A stretch of 63,523 nucleotides of DNA, counting the filler, from Octopus bimaculoides (lineage: Eukaryota), in assembly GCF_001194135.2 (NCBI RefSeq). It is 7 parts of 7 records of this genome, joined end to end, with 100 filler letters (N's around TTAATTAATTAA, not from the genome) between each part and the next. Parts side by side here need not be neighbours in the genome. Positions count along the whole stretch, not along the records: positions 1 to 2,639 come from NC_068993.1; positions 2,740 to 30,005 come from NC_069005.1; 5 more parts are not named here. One strand, written 5' to 3'. Positions 1-11,439 of the stretch are shown piece after piece. The notes beneath the pieces were generated by a model that worked only from the letters and a program-made list of their open reading frames with translations, did no database searches and was not told where the DNA came from. The position numbers and the translations under genes were made by a program. Each line of letters opens with the position of its first letter. Within the stretch, counting starts at the first letter, position 1.

Positions 1-575
1 CAATTTTCTCATTTCGTTTCTTTTGTGTATATTTTTCTTGATTTTTGTGTATGTGTGTATACGTGTGTATGTATATGTGTATGTGTATATGTATATATGT
101 GTGTATGTATATGTGTGTGTATATGTATATATGTGTGTATGTATATGTGTGTGTATATGTACATATGTGTGTATGTATATATGTGTGTGCGTGTGTATAT
201 GTGTATGTATATGTATGTGTGTGGGTGTTTGTACGTGTTTGTGTGTATGTTTGTATGTGTGTATGTTTGTGTGTGCTTGTGCGTGTTTGTGTGAATTTCT
301 GTGTATGCACGTTTGTGGGGGTGTGTACATGTGTGTAAGAGTGTTTGGATGTATCTTTGTATGTGTGTATATATGTCTGAGTGTATATAGATATATATCT
401 GAGTGTATATGGATATATATCCGAGTGTATATGGATATATGTGTATATGTATATATATGTGTGTGTGTTTGTATGCATGTATCTATATGTGTGTCTGTGT
501 AAACATGTGTGTGTTTGTATGTGTGTGTATTTGTGTGTATATGCATATGTATGTGTGTGTTTATGGGTGGATGAG
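1..575. repeat. Compound (TG)n/(TA)n/(TATG)n microsatellite
   Basis: Almost entirely alternating TG/TA dinucleotides. The C/V/Y/M-rich ORFs over it are translation artefacts. Confidence 0.95.
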
Positions 576-1316
576 TGTAAAGCGAGTTAAAAATTCAGTG
601 CAAAACAAAAATAAAACACAAAATATTTTTATGAAATAAAAAAAAAATGAAAAATCAAGTGGAAATATATTTAAAACTATGAATTAACTCGTCCACATCC
701 CAACACCACATCTCACCACCACAACACGACATGATACCACTGATTCTGACAAAAACAAAACAAAAAATTATAAATAAATAAGATATTTTAACTTCAGAGC
801 GAGCAAATAAGAGTTCTGAAACATATGTATGNNNNNNNNNNNNNNNNNNNNNNNNNNNNNNNNNNNNNNNNNNNNNNNNNNNNNNNNNNNNNNNNNNNNN
901 NNNNNNNNNNNNNNNNNNNNNNNNNNNNNNNNNNNNNNNNNNNNNNNNNNNNNNNNNNNNNNNNNNNNNNNNNNNNNNNNNNNNNNNNNNNNNNNNNNNN
1001 NNNNNNNNNNNNNNNNNNNNNNNNNNNNNNNNNNNNNNNNNNNNNNNNNNNNNNNNNNNNNNNNNNNNNNNNNNNNNNNNNNNNNNNNNNNNNNNNNNNN
1101 NNNNNNNNNNNNNNNNNNNNNNNNNNNNNNNNNNNNNNNNNNNNNNNNNNNNNNNNNNNNNNNNNNNNNNNNNNNNNNNNNNNNNNNNNNNNNNNNNNNN
1201 NNNNNNNNNNNNNNNNNNNNNNNNNNNNNNNNNNNNNNNNNNNNNNNNNNNNNNNNNNNNNNNNNNNNNNNNNNNNNNNNNNNNNNNNNNNNNNNNNNNN
1301 NNNNNNNNNNNNNNNN

Positions 1317-1645
1317 CACTGCGTGGCACCTTGGGCAAGTGTCTTCTACTATAGCCTCACGCAGACCAAAGCCTTGTGAGTGGATTTGGTAGATGGACAC
1401 TGAAAGAATCCCATTGTATATAAATGTGTATATGTTTGTGTGTCTGTGCTTGTCCCCCCAACATCCCTTGACAACCGATGGTGGTGTGTTTACGTCCCCG
1501 TAACTTAGTGGTTTGGCAAAAGAGACGTATAGAATAAGTACTAGGCTTACAAAGAATAAGTCCTGGGGTCGAGTTGCTCGACTAAAGGTGGTGCTCCAGC
1601 ATGGCCGCAGTCAAATGACTGAAACAAATAAAAGAGTAAAAGAAC
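1317..1645 (+). mobile_element. Abundant tRNA-type SINE copy (head lost in N gap)
   Basis: CACTGCGTGGCACCTTGGGCAAGTGTCTTCTACTATAGCC...GGTGCTCCAGCATGGCCGCAGTCAAATGACTGAAAC. The family recurs at about 19.9k, 20.7k, 27.3k, 27.8k, 37.2k, 47.7k, 49.9-51.2k, 53.2-53.7k, 58.3k and 61.1k. Fuller copies show A-box/B-box-like TGGCTGTGTGG and GGTTCAGTCCC. Confidence 0.85.
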
Positions 1646-1815
1646 ATACACTCAGTCAGCAGATCATAAATCCCAAAAGAAACCCACTCTAAAGATTAAG
1701 AGCAGTAATACTTAAAAAGTTATTGGTTACGACCAGTCAAGAAGTGACCATTAAGGAGGCTATGTGCTTCCAGCCAACAAGTCTGATGAGTCACATATAG
1801 TGCCATAATGGTGAC

Positions 1816-2010
1816 CTTGCTGTTTCCTCCTCAGGAATAGCCTCGACTCTTCTTGTCAGTGAATGAACAGCACACTCTACCTTCAAATTGCCTTTCAGTG
1901 TTAACGCAGCAAGAAAACCCAACTTGCCAAATAATGCATTCCTTGGATGAAGCGGCAATTTTGAAAAACTGCAAACTCATTGTTTGGGATGAAGTAACTA
2001 TGTCCCATAT
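1816..2010 (+). pseudogene. Helitron PIF1-like helicase fragment
   Basis: Reads LAVSSSGIASTLLVSE*TAHSTFKLP, then after a frameshift QENPTCQIMHSLDEAAILKNCKLIVWDEVTMSH. These are PIF1/Helitron helicase motifs Ia and II, with a stop and a frameshift. Confidence 0.75.
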
Positions 2011-2683
2011 ATTTGGGGCTTATCAACTTGAAACAACTTCTAACTGCAGGCTAATTCAACTTAAACCATCCACAGGAGTGCACCATTATGATAAATTACA
2101 CTCTCCAAAGGATGGGTGTATTTGCTAGAGTGTATATATATATATATATATATATACATACACAACATGAATTACAACATATGTACCAGTCAGCTAAGCT
2201 ACTCTAGGCTTATGTGGAAGAAAACAGTCAAAATTTCCAATTTTGGCCATGGAGACAAACTATTAGCAGCACACAACACATTGTTGATGGTGGGACTAGA
2301 ACCATTGTCCTTCGGAAAATTGTTATAATTTGTCAATCTATTATTTATATAATCTGTAGACATACGCAGAATTTACATAGAATAATGTCATAAAATAACA
2401 ACAAACAAATTACAAAAGGAAGGAAGGAAGGAAGAAAGAAAGAAAGAAAGAAAGAGAGGAGACTGAATATGATTGGAAAAATTTTTCAAAACAAAAGACT
2501 TTAGATGAAGTACCCACTTAAATTGCTTTAATGAATATTCTTCATTCAATTCTTAATTTTTTTTACCGCTAGCATTTTCTTGAAAATTTAAGTAAAATGT
2601 TTTAAGGCACCCACACCCACTATTAGATGCATATATACANNNNNNNNNNNNNNNNNNNNNNNNNNNNNNNNNNNNNNNNNNNN

Positions 2684-2695
2684 TTAATTAATTAA
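2684..2695. other. Assembly spacer TTAATTAATTAA inside a 100-nt scaffold gap
   Basis: The same 12-mer sits centrally in N runs at 2684, 30050, 35796, 38176, 51742 and 58609, with 44 N on each side where counted. It gives stops in all six frames. Confidence 0.95.
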
Positions 2696-3844
2696 NNNNN
2701 NNNNNNNNNNNNNNNNNNNNNNNNNNNNNNNNNNNNNNNATATATATATATATATATATAAATATAAGGTTCAGCATTTAAAAAAACAAAGTCATATGTA
2801 TACACTGAGTTATTCTACATTTAAAAGAACTCATTTTTAACAGTCACATTGGTCATGGCATCGATTTACCATAATGAAATGCACATCTGTTTCTGCTATA
2901 AATCTTCTTTTCCCTCCAGTTGCAATTACAGGAAGAATAAAAGAATTCTATTATCTTTTACTGTTTACCTCCTTAGATTTTGCTGAAGGGAGCTTGGTAT
3001 TTTCTTGAAGACTGGAGATTTATGTAATGATTTTGAAATGAATCAGTTTCTAAGAGTTGGAGATGTAATATAGAATTACTAATCTTTTAGTGACTGCAGG
3101 TGAAGAAATAGAATGTCTGAATGAATTCATATGCTGTTGCACTATCAATGATTAGAGGTTTTGAGTTCAAATCCACAAAGAGGTATTTGGCCTGTGAACT
3201 TAATTCTATATGCTTCTGTCCACATTGTTGGGGGAGACTAGACGCCTGTGCTTTGCTTTTTAATGACACTGTATGTGCATGTGTGTATATATGTGTATAT
3301 GTGTGTGCACATGTGAGTGTTTGTGTGTGTGTGTGTGTATCTGTGTGTGCATGCTTGTGAGTGTTTATGTGTTTGCATCTATGTGTTAGGCGTCTGTGCA
3401 CATATATATGAGTCTGTGTGCATGCATGTGTGTATGCACACATGTGAGTGTTTCAGTGTGTGTATGTTTGTGTTTGCATCCATGTATGTATGTATCTGTG
3501 TATATGTATATGCATTAATCAGGCATTATCTCATAGCTTCATAATTTCAGTGATGTGATTGTTTATTTTTAGAATGACATTGTAGAGGAAGGGTGATAGG
3601 CTGGATCTGGCCAGTTTGAATATGAAACATGTAAAATATTTGGGTCAGGTATGGTTNNNNNNNNNNNNNNNNNNNNNNNNNNNNNNNNNNNNNNNNNNNN
3701 NNNNNNNNNNNNNNNNNNNNNNNNNNNNNNTAGACAGCTATATAAAACTGATGTTAGCAATATATTTAGAGGCACCAATGATGAAATGCTGTCATGTAAT
3801 TGATGACTTTATGAACACAAGCTTTTGATATCAACAACCTTACT

Positions 3845-4070
3845 AAGGCAATGAGCTGGCAGAATTAGCATGCTGGGCAAAATGCTTGATAGCATTTTGT
3901 CTGTCTTTACGTTCTGAGTTCAAATTCTGCTGAGGTCAACTTTGCCTTTCATCCTATGCAGGGTCAATGAAATAAGTGCTAGTTGAGCACTGGGGTCAAT
4001 GTAATCAACTTATCCACTCTCACAAAATTGCTGGCATTGTGCCAAAAATTTGAAACCGATATTAACTGCC
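3845..4070 (+). mobile_element. Second SINE family (Nin-domain-like core)
   Basis: TTCTGAGTTCAAATTC...CTTTGCCTTTCATCC...AATAAGTGCTAGTTGAGCACTGGGGTCAATGTAATC. Related copies at about 4075-4300, 25860-26015(-), 26180-26345(-) and 35270-35470. The Nin-domain label is from recollection. Confidence 0.6.
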
Positions 4071-5125
4071 TTATCCAAGTGGTAGATTTGTAGAATTGTG
4101 TTGAAAAAAAAAAAAAAAAAACCTTGCAATATTTGTTCCAGTTCCAGTTCTCTAAGTTCTGAGTTCAAGTCCTGCCCTGTCAAACTTTGCTTTTTTTCTT
4201 TTTAGAATTGGTAAAATAAAAATACCAGTCCAGTACTGGCATTTTATCTAATCTACTTTTATTCTCCCCTTCAAATATGAGGCCTTTGAAACCATTATTA
4301 ATAGTCATATTAAGTTGATGTCAACATTATTATTCAGAGACATCAGAGAGGCAACAGTACTGCACAAACATGCCTAATCAATGACATTATGAACAGCAGA
4401 GATTTGATATTAAATGTTTGAAGAGAATCATCAAATAATTTACTAAAACAAATTATTACAATATTTGGATTGTTCTGAAGAATTATATAAAATAGTCAAA
4501 GAAATAATCAACGAAAATGTTAAATTATTATCTTTTTATCTTTTACTCAGGTGAGAGTGCACGGTCCAGTAGTTAGTGTGTTGTATTCATGATTGTAAAA
4601 TCATAGTTTTGATTGCTGGACTGGGTGATGTGTTATATTCTTGAGCAAAATACTTAATTTCACATCACCTCAGTCCATTGATTTGTAAATGACTAACCGT
4701 GTGACAAACTGATATCCCATTCAGGGGGAATGTTGTAATCTTAGTCCCTTAAACACCATGGAAACTGGATTAAGCTCTGGCCCTTTGGGTCCTAGACAGT
4801 AATATCCAATGTCAGGTGAGAAGGCACTGCCTATGATCCATTGCAGGACCTCTGAGACTCATGAAAGGGAGAGAGAAAGAGAGAGAGAGAGGAAGATATC
4901 TTCAAATTGGAAGCCTGGCCCCCAGATGTTTGCAACAAAATGGACTCTGCTAAAAGCTCTCAAAGTGCCAGGTGGTGGTATTAAACTGGGTGTGTTAGAT
5001 GTTGTGAATAAAAATTTCTTGAATTAGCACTAAAATAATATTCTGTTTAATACTTTCACAGTATGGGGTGGGGGGAGGAGAAAATTTTCTACATAAAACT
5101 TAACCCATTTTTAACTTGATTTCAG

Positions 5126-5163
5126 GGCCAGTCACTGAAGTGGAAGAAACAGGCATGATCATG
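5126..5163 (+). CDS. Micro-exon of an uncharacterised acidic protein gene: (G)PVTEVEETGMIM
   Basis: ttttaacttgatttcag|...ATG|gtaaga, 38 nt, phase 1 to 0. Its end phase matches the start of exon 10881. Confidence 0.6.
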
Positions 5164-6524
5164 GTAAGAGAATGATAATATTTCTCTCTTAGACAACATT
5201 TGGACCCCTGTGAAGAAATTTATATATTGGGCTGTCATTTAAATTCATTAGCTTTTTTTCCTTCTTGTCTGAAGAGAGGTCAAATTTATTCAAACTTTAA
5301 AAATGATAAACAAAAATTGTAGAGAAACAATTGTATATCCATGGGAGAAGGAGAAACCTAGATAGAGAGGGAATTCCAGAAGGTCAACATGCTGGAGAGA
5401 AAGAACTGGGTGTAATGATTAGTAATAGGACATTACAAAGGCAATGAGAGAAGAGAAAACAAGTGAGTTGTGAGTGTGTGAGTGAAGATAACTTGAGACA
5501 AGCTAGCTCCAGTGAGCAGTGGTCACTGTAGTAGTGGTAGAAAGAACAAAGAGAGGATACTTCACATTCATAGGATAGAGGTTGGAGTGCATTGGCGAGC
5601 ACAGTGTACCATCTTCCTCCTTCTCTAACTCTTCTTTTAACCTCAACCATAGTATAAACAGCTGTGGGAACCAGATGAACTCTTTATCTAACTTTCTCAA
5701 GAAATATAGCTCACATAAGACTTTCTGTTGACTCAACCATCTTTTTATTACATTTTGCTGGAATTTCATCCATTTTAGAGCCTATCAATTTCATTGTCAC
5801 TATTATCATTATTATATATGGGAAGTAATGTCTTCCTTCATTCAGATAATCTATATTTAAAAGATAAAAATTTAGTTAGGTGTTAAATAAACACCTAAGG
5901 GATATTAAATATTCAAAGAATTTACTGTTTTTTTTACCTATATAAATAACAATGTTATGAACTATCGCTCTTAACAAATAGGTAAATAAATAAAATAAAC
6001 ATACAGTTTATCAATATATAAATATAAATTAGAAATGGAAACCAAAATAATAAATTGAACAATTAATAATTTAATCATTAAATGATAAATTCAATTCAAT
6101 TTTGATATTTTATACAGAAAAATGACACATCTTGTAAATTACAGCTGTTTCAACACCATTTATGAAAACCAGTTTTTAAAATATATATATTAGTGACAGA
6201 AGCAGTAGGTAATATTTATCCCCACTTAAACATTTATCCCCACTTAAACATGGATGTTCTGTTGGAACACACTATACTGCAGTAAATACCATGAGAGAAA
6301 CTCTCATATTGGCTTTTGGTGTAAAATGGTCTCTTGTTTATAACATTAGCGAGGAGATAAACCCTACCATCTCCAATGGGGATTTTTCCCTCTCTAAATT
6401 TATTGCTGCAATTCTCCTATCTTCACCAAATTTATAAGGTGCACTTAAAGGAATGTGTCAGTCAGTCAATTCAGCATGCTAAGGCAAGTAGAGATATATA
6501 GCTTACACTGGGTGCACAATGCAA

Positions 6525-6615
6525 AGACTTTGATCATAAGATCAGATGTAAGATCAGACTTTGATTGTAAGATCAGACTTTGATCGTAAGATCAGACTTT
6601 GATCATAAGATCAGA
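6525..6615. repeat. 19-bp minisatellite (AGACTTTGATCRTAAGATC), about 4.5 copies
   Basis: Units read directly, with one truncated unit. Confidence 0.9.
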
Positions 6616-7189
6616 AGTGATGGCCATTTAGGTGTTAGTCCAATATATTAATCTTACTCTCATTGTATTTAATACTCTTTTACTCAGATTTAATCAATAG
6701 TGGAGTTGTTTTAACAAATTCAACTCTGAGCAAGTAACCCTGTGACCAAAGAAATTCCAGCTGTGGCCATCTTTTCTGGCAATGGGGTTTGAGTTAAGAC
6801 CAATATATGCTATAAGAGAGATTTTTAGTTTCTAGTTTTACCTCGTGCACAATATCTTGGAGTTGGTATTTATAGTCTAATTACAATTATGTCTAATGTA
6901 ATAATAACTACTAATATTGTGTGTGTGTGTGTGTGTGAGATATAAATTTGTGTTCGGTAATATGCAGGTGTGCTCCTTATGCAGCGTTCAAAACAAACTC
7001 CTGGCTAGCCACACTTTACGACTGATATTTAAGAAAGTTCACTAGTGCAGGAGCTCTAGATACTTAGCACTGGTATAACTAGTGTGTGAGTATTGTCTTT
7101 GCTCCAGAACCCAATCTGTCCCTGACTGTTGTGGCAAGAGTATGACACCCTCTGACAAGAATAGACTGCACCACTACATATAAATAGTA

Positions 7190-7427
7190 GCAGTCAGACG
7201 TAGTTGGCAGTTCATAGTTTGGTCTTCGAAGTCCAGGTAAAGTTTACAGTTTGAGTTGGTGTGTTGGAAATATTGATTGTTGGTTTGTAAAAGATTGTTA
7301 GTTCATTACATGTTTGTTACTGCTGCTGTTTCTATTTTGTATTGTTATAACACTGTTACAATGTATTCTTTATTTATTGTCAACAATATCAATCATACTA
7401 TGATATTGGAGGCTTAAGGATATAACA
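7190..7427 (+). repeat. Part of the 5' LTR duplicated at 9053-9265
   Basis: GCAGTCAGACGTA(G/T)TTGGCAGTTCATAGTTTGGTCTTCGAAG...GGAGGCTTAA occurs in both copies with a few substitutions and two indels. TATA-like CATATAAATAG lies just upstream at about 7177. Confidence 0.9.
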
Positions 7428-7499
7428 TCTGGTGATGAGGATTTTTCAAAGCTCATGTAAGTTGTTTGACAATTTGTGCATCATACAAATTGTTAAATT

Positions 7500-9052
7500 A
7501 TGGAGAACCTATTAGCTGCAGTAATACAGCTTCAAGAGAAGCAACAGGAACAATTGCAGGAATTGCAGAAGCAAATATTACAACAACAGTTAATTGAGTT
7601 ACAGTCAAGGAAGTCTGAAAATTCAGTAAGTTCGTTTATGCCTGATGGCTTGGCAAGCTTGATTTCTGAATTCACTTGTAATCCAGAGGAGGGTATTATG
7701 TTTCCTGCATACTATAGAAGGTACAAAGAAATTTTTAGCAAAAATTGTAAGTCATGGTCGAATGAGGAGAAAGTAAAGCTATTACTATGCAAGGTAGCTC
7801 TGGCCAAGCATGAACGCTACTGTAACTTTATATTGCCCAAAAAGTCAAATGAGATTGGTTTTCAAGAAACTATTGAATTACTCTCAAAGATTTTTTGTGA
7901 CAAAAGTTCGTTATTTAATACTCAAATGGAGTGTTGGAACTAAACAAAAAATAACGATTATGACTTTATTACATACACCGGAGTATTCAACCATATGTGT
8001 GAAAACTTTAAACTTCAGGAATGCACTCAGGAGTCCCTTTTGTACAAGCCCTTTTGTACAAGGCCTTACGGCAACTGAAGGTAGAGAAATTCGGGCAAGG
8101 ATTCTCTCAAAAATGGAGTGAGCAAACCAAGACTTAACTCTACAGACCATTGCAGAAGAATGTCAAACAATGGTAAACCTGAAGCACGATGTAAGAAAAA
8201 TTCAAGAGAAAGATTTCACAAAAATACAAATGTGTTGACCCAGAAAGGAGTGCCAGGCCACAATCCTTGTTACGGATGTGGAGGCCTACACTTCAGGAAA
8301 GGGTGTCTGTTTAAAACTGAAAATGCTATAATTGGTCACAAGAGCTTACACTGCAGGACAAGATTATGAGTGTCAAACACAAAAAGTTCTAAGGTGTTTT
8401 CATCAGAAAGTGAATACAACACAAAAACAAGAAAATTCATACATGTAAAAATAAATGGTGTAAATATTAAACTACAGTTGGATAAGGGCAGGGATATTTC
8501 AATCATAAATGCGGATACATGGAGAAAAATTGGGAACCTGGAGTTACGTAAAACAGCAAAACTTGCGCGTGATATGATGGGTAATAAATCACATTTCATG
8601 GGCAAAATGTGTACAAATGTCACATTTTGAGGAGAAATATGTGAAGCAAAAATATTCATTATGAAGAATACAACCAATCTGTTTGGTACAGATTGGTTGG
8701 GGTTATTTGACTTATTGCACCTCCCCAGAAGTCTCTACTGCAAAAACATAAATGGTTGTCCCATTAAAAATAAATCGTCAGAGGAATTGAAGAGAAAATT
8801 GAAAAAGATGTTCCTCAGGTACTATCAGAGAACTTAGGTCAATGTAAAAAGTCTGAAGCCTGCTTTCAAGTAAGTGAAAAAGCTGTGCCTGTATTTAAAT
8901 CTAACAGAAAAGTACTGTTCGCAGCAATTAAAATTGTAAATGAAGAGTTGGACAAACTGGAAAAGAATGGAATCATTGGAAAGGTGGATTACTCTAAGTG
9001 GGCAGTGCCCACGGTGTGCATTCAAAAGAAAAATAATAAGATTAGGCTGTGT
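7500..9052 (+). pseudogene. Gypsy gag / zinc knuckle / protease / start of RT
   Basis: Gag PEEGIMFPAYYRRYKEIF..WSNEEKVKLLL; knuckle CYGCGGLHFRKGC; degenerate protease LQLDKGRDISII; RT start ELDKLEKNGIIGKVDYSKWAVPTVCIQKKNNKIRLCA. Multiple stops and frameshifts. Confidence 0.85.
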
Positions 9053-9399
9053 GCAGTCAGACGTATTTGGCAGTTCATAGTTTGGTCTTCGAAGTTCAGG
9101 TACAGTTTGAGTTGGTGTGTTGGAAATATTGATTGTTGGTTCATTACATGTTTGTTACTGCTGCTGTTTCTATTTTGTATTGTTATAACACTGTTACAGT
9201 GTATTCTTTATCTATCGTCGACAATATCAACCGTATTACAATATCGGAGGCTTAAAGATATGACACTGACATATCACTTCCCCACATTTTGATTTCCCTA
9301 ACTTCTGACTATGGCACTATTTACTCAGCTGCAGCAATTATGAGAGTAGAACTGCACATATCTCATCTCCTTACTTCTCACCCTCTCTAGAACTACTTG

Positions 9400-9950
9400 C
9401 TTTGTCCCCTGCATTCTCAGTATCATCCCTTACCACTTTCACCTTTCCCTTTTCCCCCCTCTACATGCTCTCATTTTGCCAATGACAGAATCCCTCTGCC
9501 TACTGCTTCTGTTCAACTCCCATTCTTTTCATTCCTATATACCTCTGACTTGATCCCCAGCACTGTGCCTCTCTCTTACACCCCATCCCCATACACTTCG
9601 TATCATTTATACCACCACCTATTGTCTCTCTGACCCACTCCTACTTTCTCCACTCCATTCTACCCCACCAAACTGATATTCATGATTGTCCACACCTCCA
9701 CCCATTTTTGCCTTTCTGTTCATTCACCTCTATCACCATCTCTGTCCATCTGCCATATTCTCATGAACTTACTGACCCTCCCACACACCCTGTTTCATCT
9801 TCGGTACCACTTCTCTTATATTCACCTTTTTGTAACTTAAGGGTATGCCCTGACACCTTTTCACCATCTTTCTTTTAACCAAGTATCTCATCTACTGCAT
9901 GACACTTGTTCCTGTCCCTCTATGATAATCTAACTTCTCCTCACTTGGCA
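9400..9950 (+). pseudogene. Highly decayed Penelope-like C-terminal / GIY-YIG remnant
   Basis: NDRIPL at about 9480 resembles the PLE RIPLVLTYHP motif, and KYLIYCMT at about 9882 resembles the NVIYCITC segment before GIY. Very degenerate. Confidence 0.3.
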
Positions 9951-9984
9951 TAAAGCCACATCCTGCAATACTACACTCCTCTCA

Positions 9985-10532
9985 GTTGAGGGGTCTTGTC
10001 TTGTGAGTTATTTGGTGACCTCACTAGTGCCAGTACCATGTAAAGAGCACCCAGCACACTTTGTAAAGTGGTTAGCACTAGGAAGGGCATCCAGTTGCAG
10101 AAACCCTGCCAAAGCAGACATTGGAGCTTGGCATAGTCCACTGGCTCATCAACTTCTGTCAAGCTGCTCAACTTATGTCAGCATGGAAGACTGACATAAA
10201 AATGATGATGATGATGATGATGATTTGTATGTATATACAACACGTATTGCTGTACTTGAGAAGACATGCCCACCACAACAGAATTGAGATCTTAAAACCA
10301 AGGTGCCATGTAAAAAGTGCTGGTGTCACTTAAAAGCACCTGCGATGGTTCCACATAAAAAGCACCCAATACTCTCTATAGAGTAACTGGTGTTAGGAAG
10401 GGCATCCAGCCATAGAAACCAAGCCATAACAGACTATGGAACCTGGTGTGACCCCTAACCTTACCAGTTCATGTCAAGCCCTTCAACCCATCCTAGCATG
10501 GGGAACAGACATCAAATGATGATGTTGATGAT
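9985..10532 (+). mobile_element. Two tandem short elements with RTE-type 3' tails
   Basis: Each has TAGGAAGGGCATCCAG..., a CCAT..AGCATGG hairpin and an (ATG)n tail, matching the 3' end of the RTE at 16119-16500. Confidence 0.7.
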
Positions 10533-10590
10533 GACACATGTATCTAGGTGGTGCTTCTGCATAACATTAACTGTGATGGCTAAACAAACT

Positions 10591-10651
<61 letters not shown>

Positions 10652-10880
10652 NNNNNNNNNNNNNNNNNNNNNNNNNNNNNNNNNNNNNNNNNNNNNNNNN
10701 NNNNNNNNNNNNNNNNNNNNNNNNNNNNNNNNNNNNNNNNNNNNNNNNNNNNNNNNNNNNNNNNNNNNNNNNNNNNNATTTACATTTCTAATATGGTTTT
10801 GTGTTTTCTTCATTATGTGATATCAATTAACTAATTAATTAATTAAAAAGTAAAATTATAGATTTTGCTTTTGTTTTCAG

Positions 10881-10908
10881 GGTGAGCCTTCAAAGGAAAC
10901 AACAACAG
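10881..10908 (+). CDS. Micro-exon of the acidic protein gene: GEPSKETTT
   Basis: ttttgcttttgttttcag|GGT...ACAG|gtaaat, 28 nt, phase 0 to 1, linking exon 5126-5163 to exon 15130. Confidence 0.65.
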
Positions 10909-11083
10909 GTAAATCAACTTATTGGTTTAATTCTACCCTTGTTTGATGATCGGAGAATGAATGAGATGACATGAAATGGGTAGAAAGAAAAGGAATGCAA
11001 TATTGTTTGAGCAGTTTATGAGGTTCCTAATAATGGTGATGGGGTTGAGATGAAGTTCCTTTCCTCTTTCCCCTAGAGAGAAG

Positions 11084-11117
<34 letters not shown>

Positions 11118-11190
11118 CACACACACACAGTTGAGCTCACACTGCTTCTGCCTCCTCTAGTAGATTGAGGTAGAAAGTAAGTCAGGACAG

Positions 11191-11227
<37 letters not shown>

Positions 11228-11439
11228 GTTATACTTTGGGATGGTTCTGTTTTGCTAATTAAACACACACATTATATATTTGGTCTTCACTTCAGCTTTA
11301 TTATTATTATTATTTTAGTTTCTTTGTCCAAGCTCTTTTGGCACACATCCTGTGACCTCTTCAGCAACTCTTTGTCCCATGTGCCTCTTCTTCTACTTAT
11401 TCCATTTTGTCTTTCTATGATAATTGGAAAAATATGACC

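Larger units (their letters stand above)
6934..9265 (+). mobile_element. Internally deleted Ty3/Gypsy LTR retrotransposon
   Basis: 5' LTR about 6934-7427 ends ATATAACA and is followed by PBS-like TGGTGATGAGG (7430-7440). Decayed gag-pro-RT follows, then a partial 3' LTR at 9052-9265 ending ATATGACA. Confidence 0.85.

Noticed and set aside
23-639. Long C/V/Y/M- or H/T/I-rich ORFs here and throughout the ORF track
   Set aside because: Translations of (TG)n, (TA)n, (CA)n and (TACA)n microsatellites; no splice or homology support.
655-1400. ORFs of 180-370 aa containing X runs (also near 20k, 21.5k, 31k, 36k, 39k, 43k, 47k, 50k, 56.5k, 61.6k)
   Set aside because: They are open only because N gaps contain no stops.
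1784-1820. CTGATGA followed by a GTCAC/GTGAC stem, resembling a hammerhead
   Set aside because: No GAAA after the stem, and it lies at the edge of the Helitron helicase remnant.
2684-2695. Recurring TTAATTAATTAA palindrome as a biological motif
   Set aside because: Always centred in 100-nt N gaps; it is a scaffolding spacer.
2977-2996. Possible 20-nt micro-exon (D)FAEGSL of the acidic gene
   Set aside because: Good acceptor but a weak donor, and it ends in phase 0 whereas exon 5126 needs phase 1.
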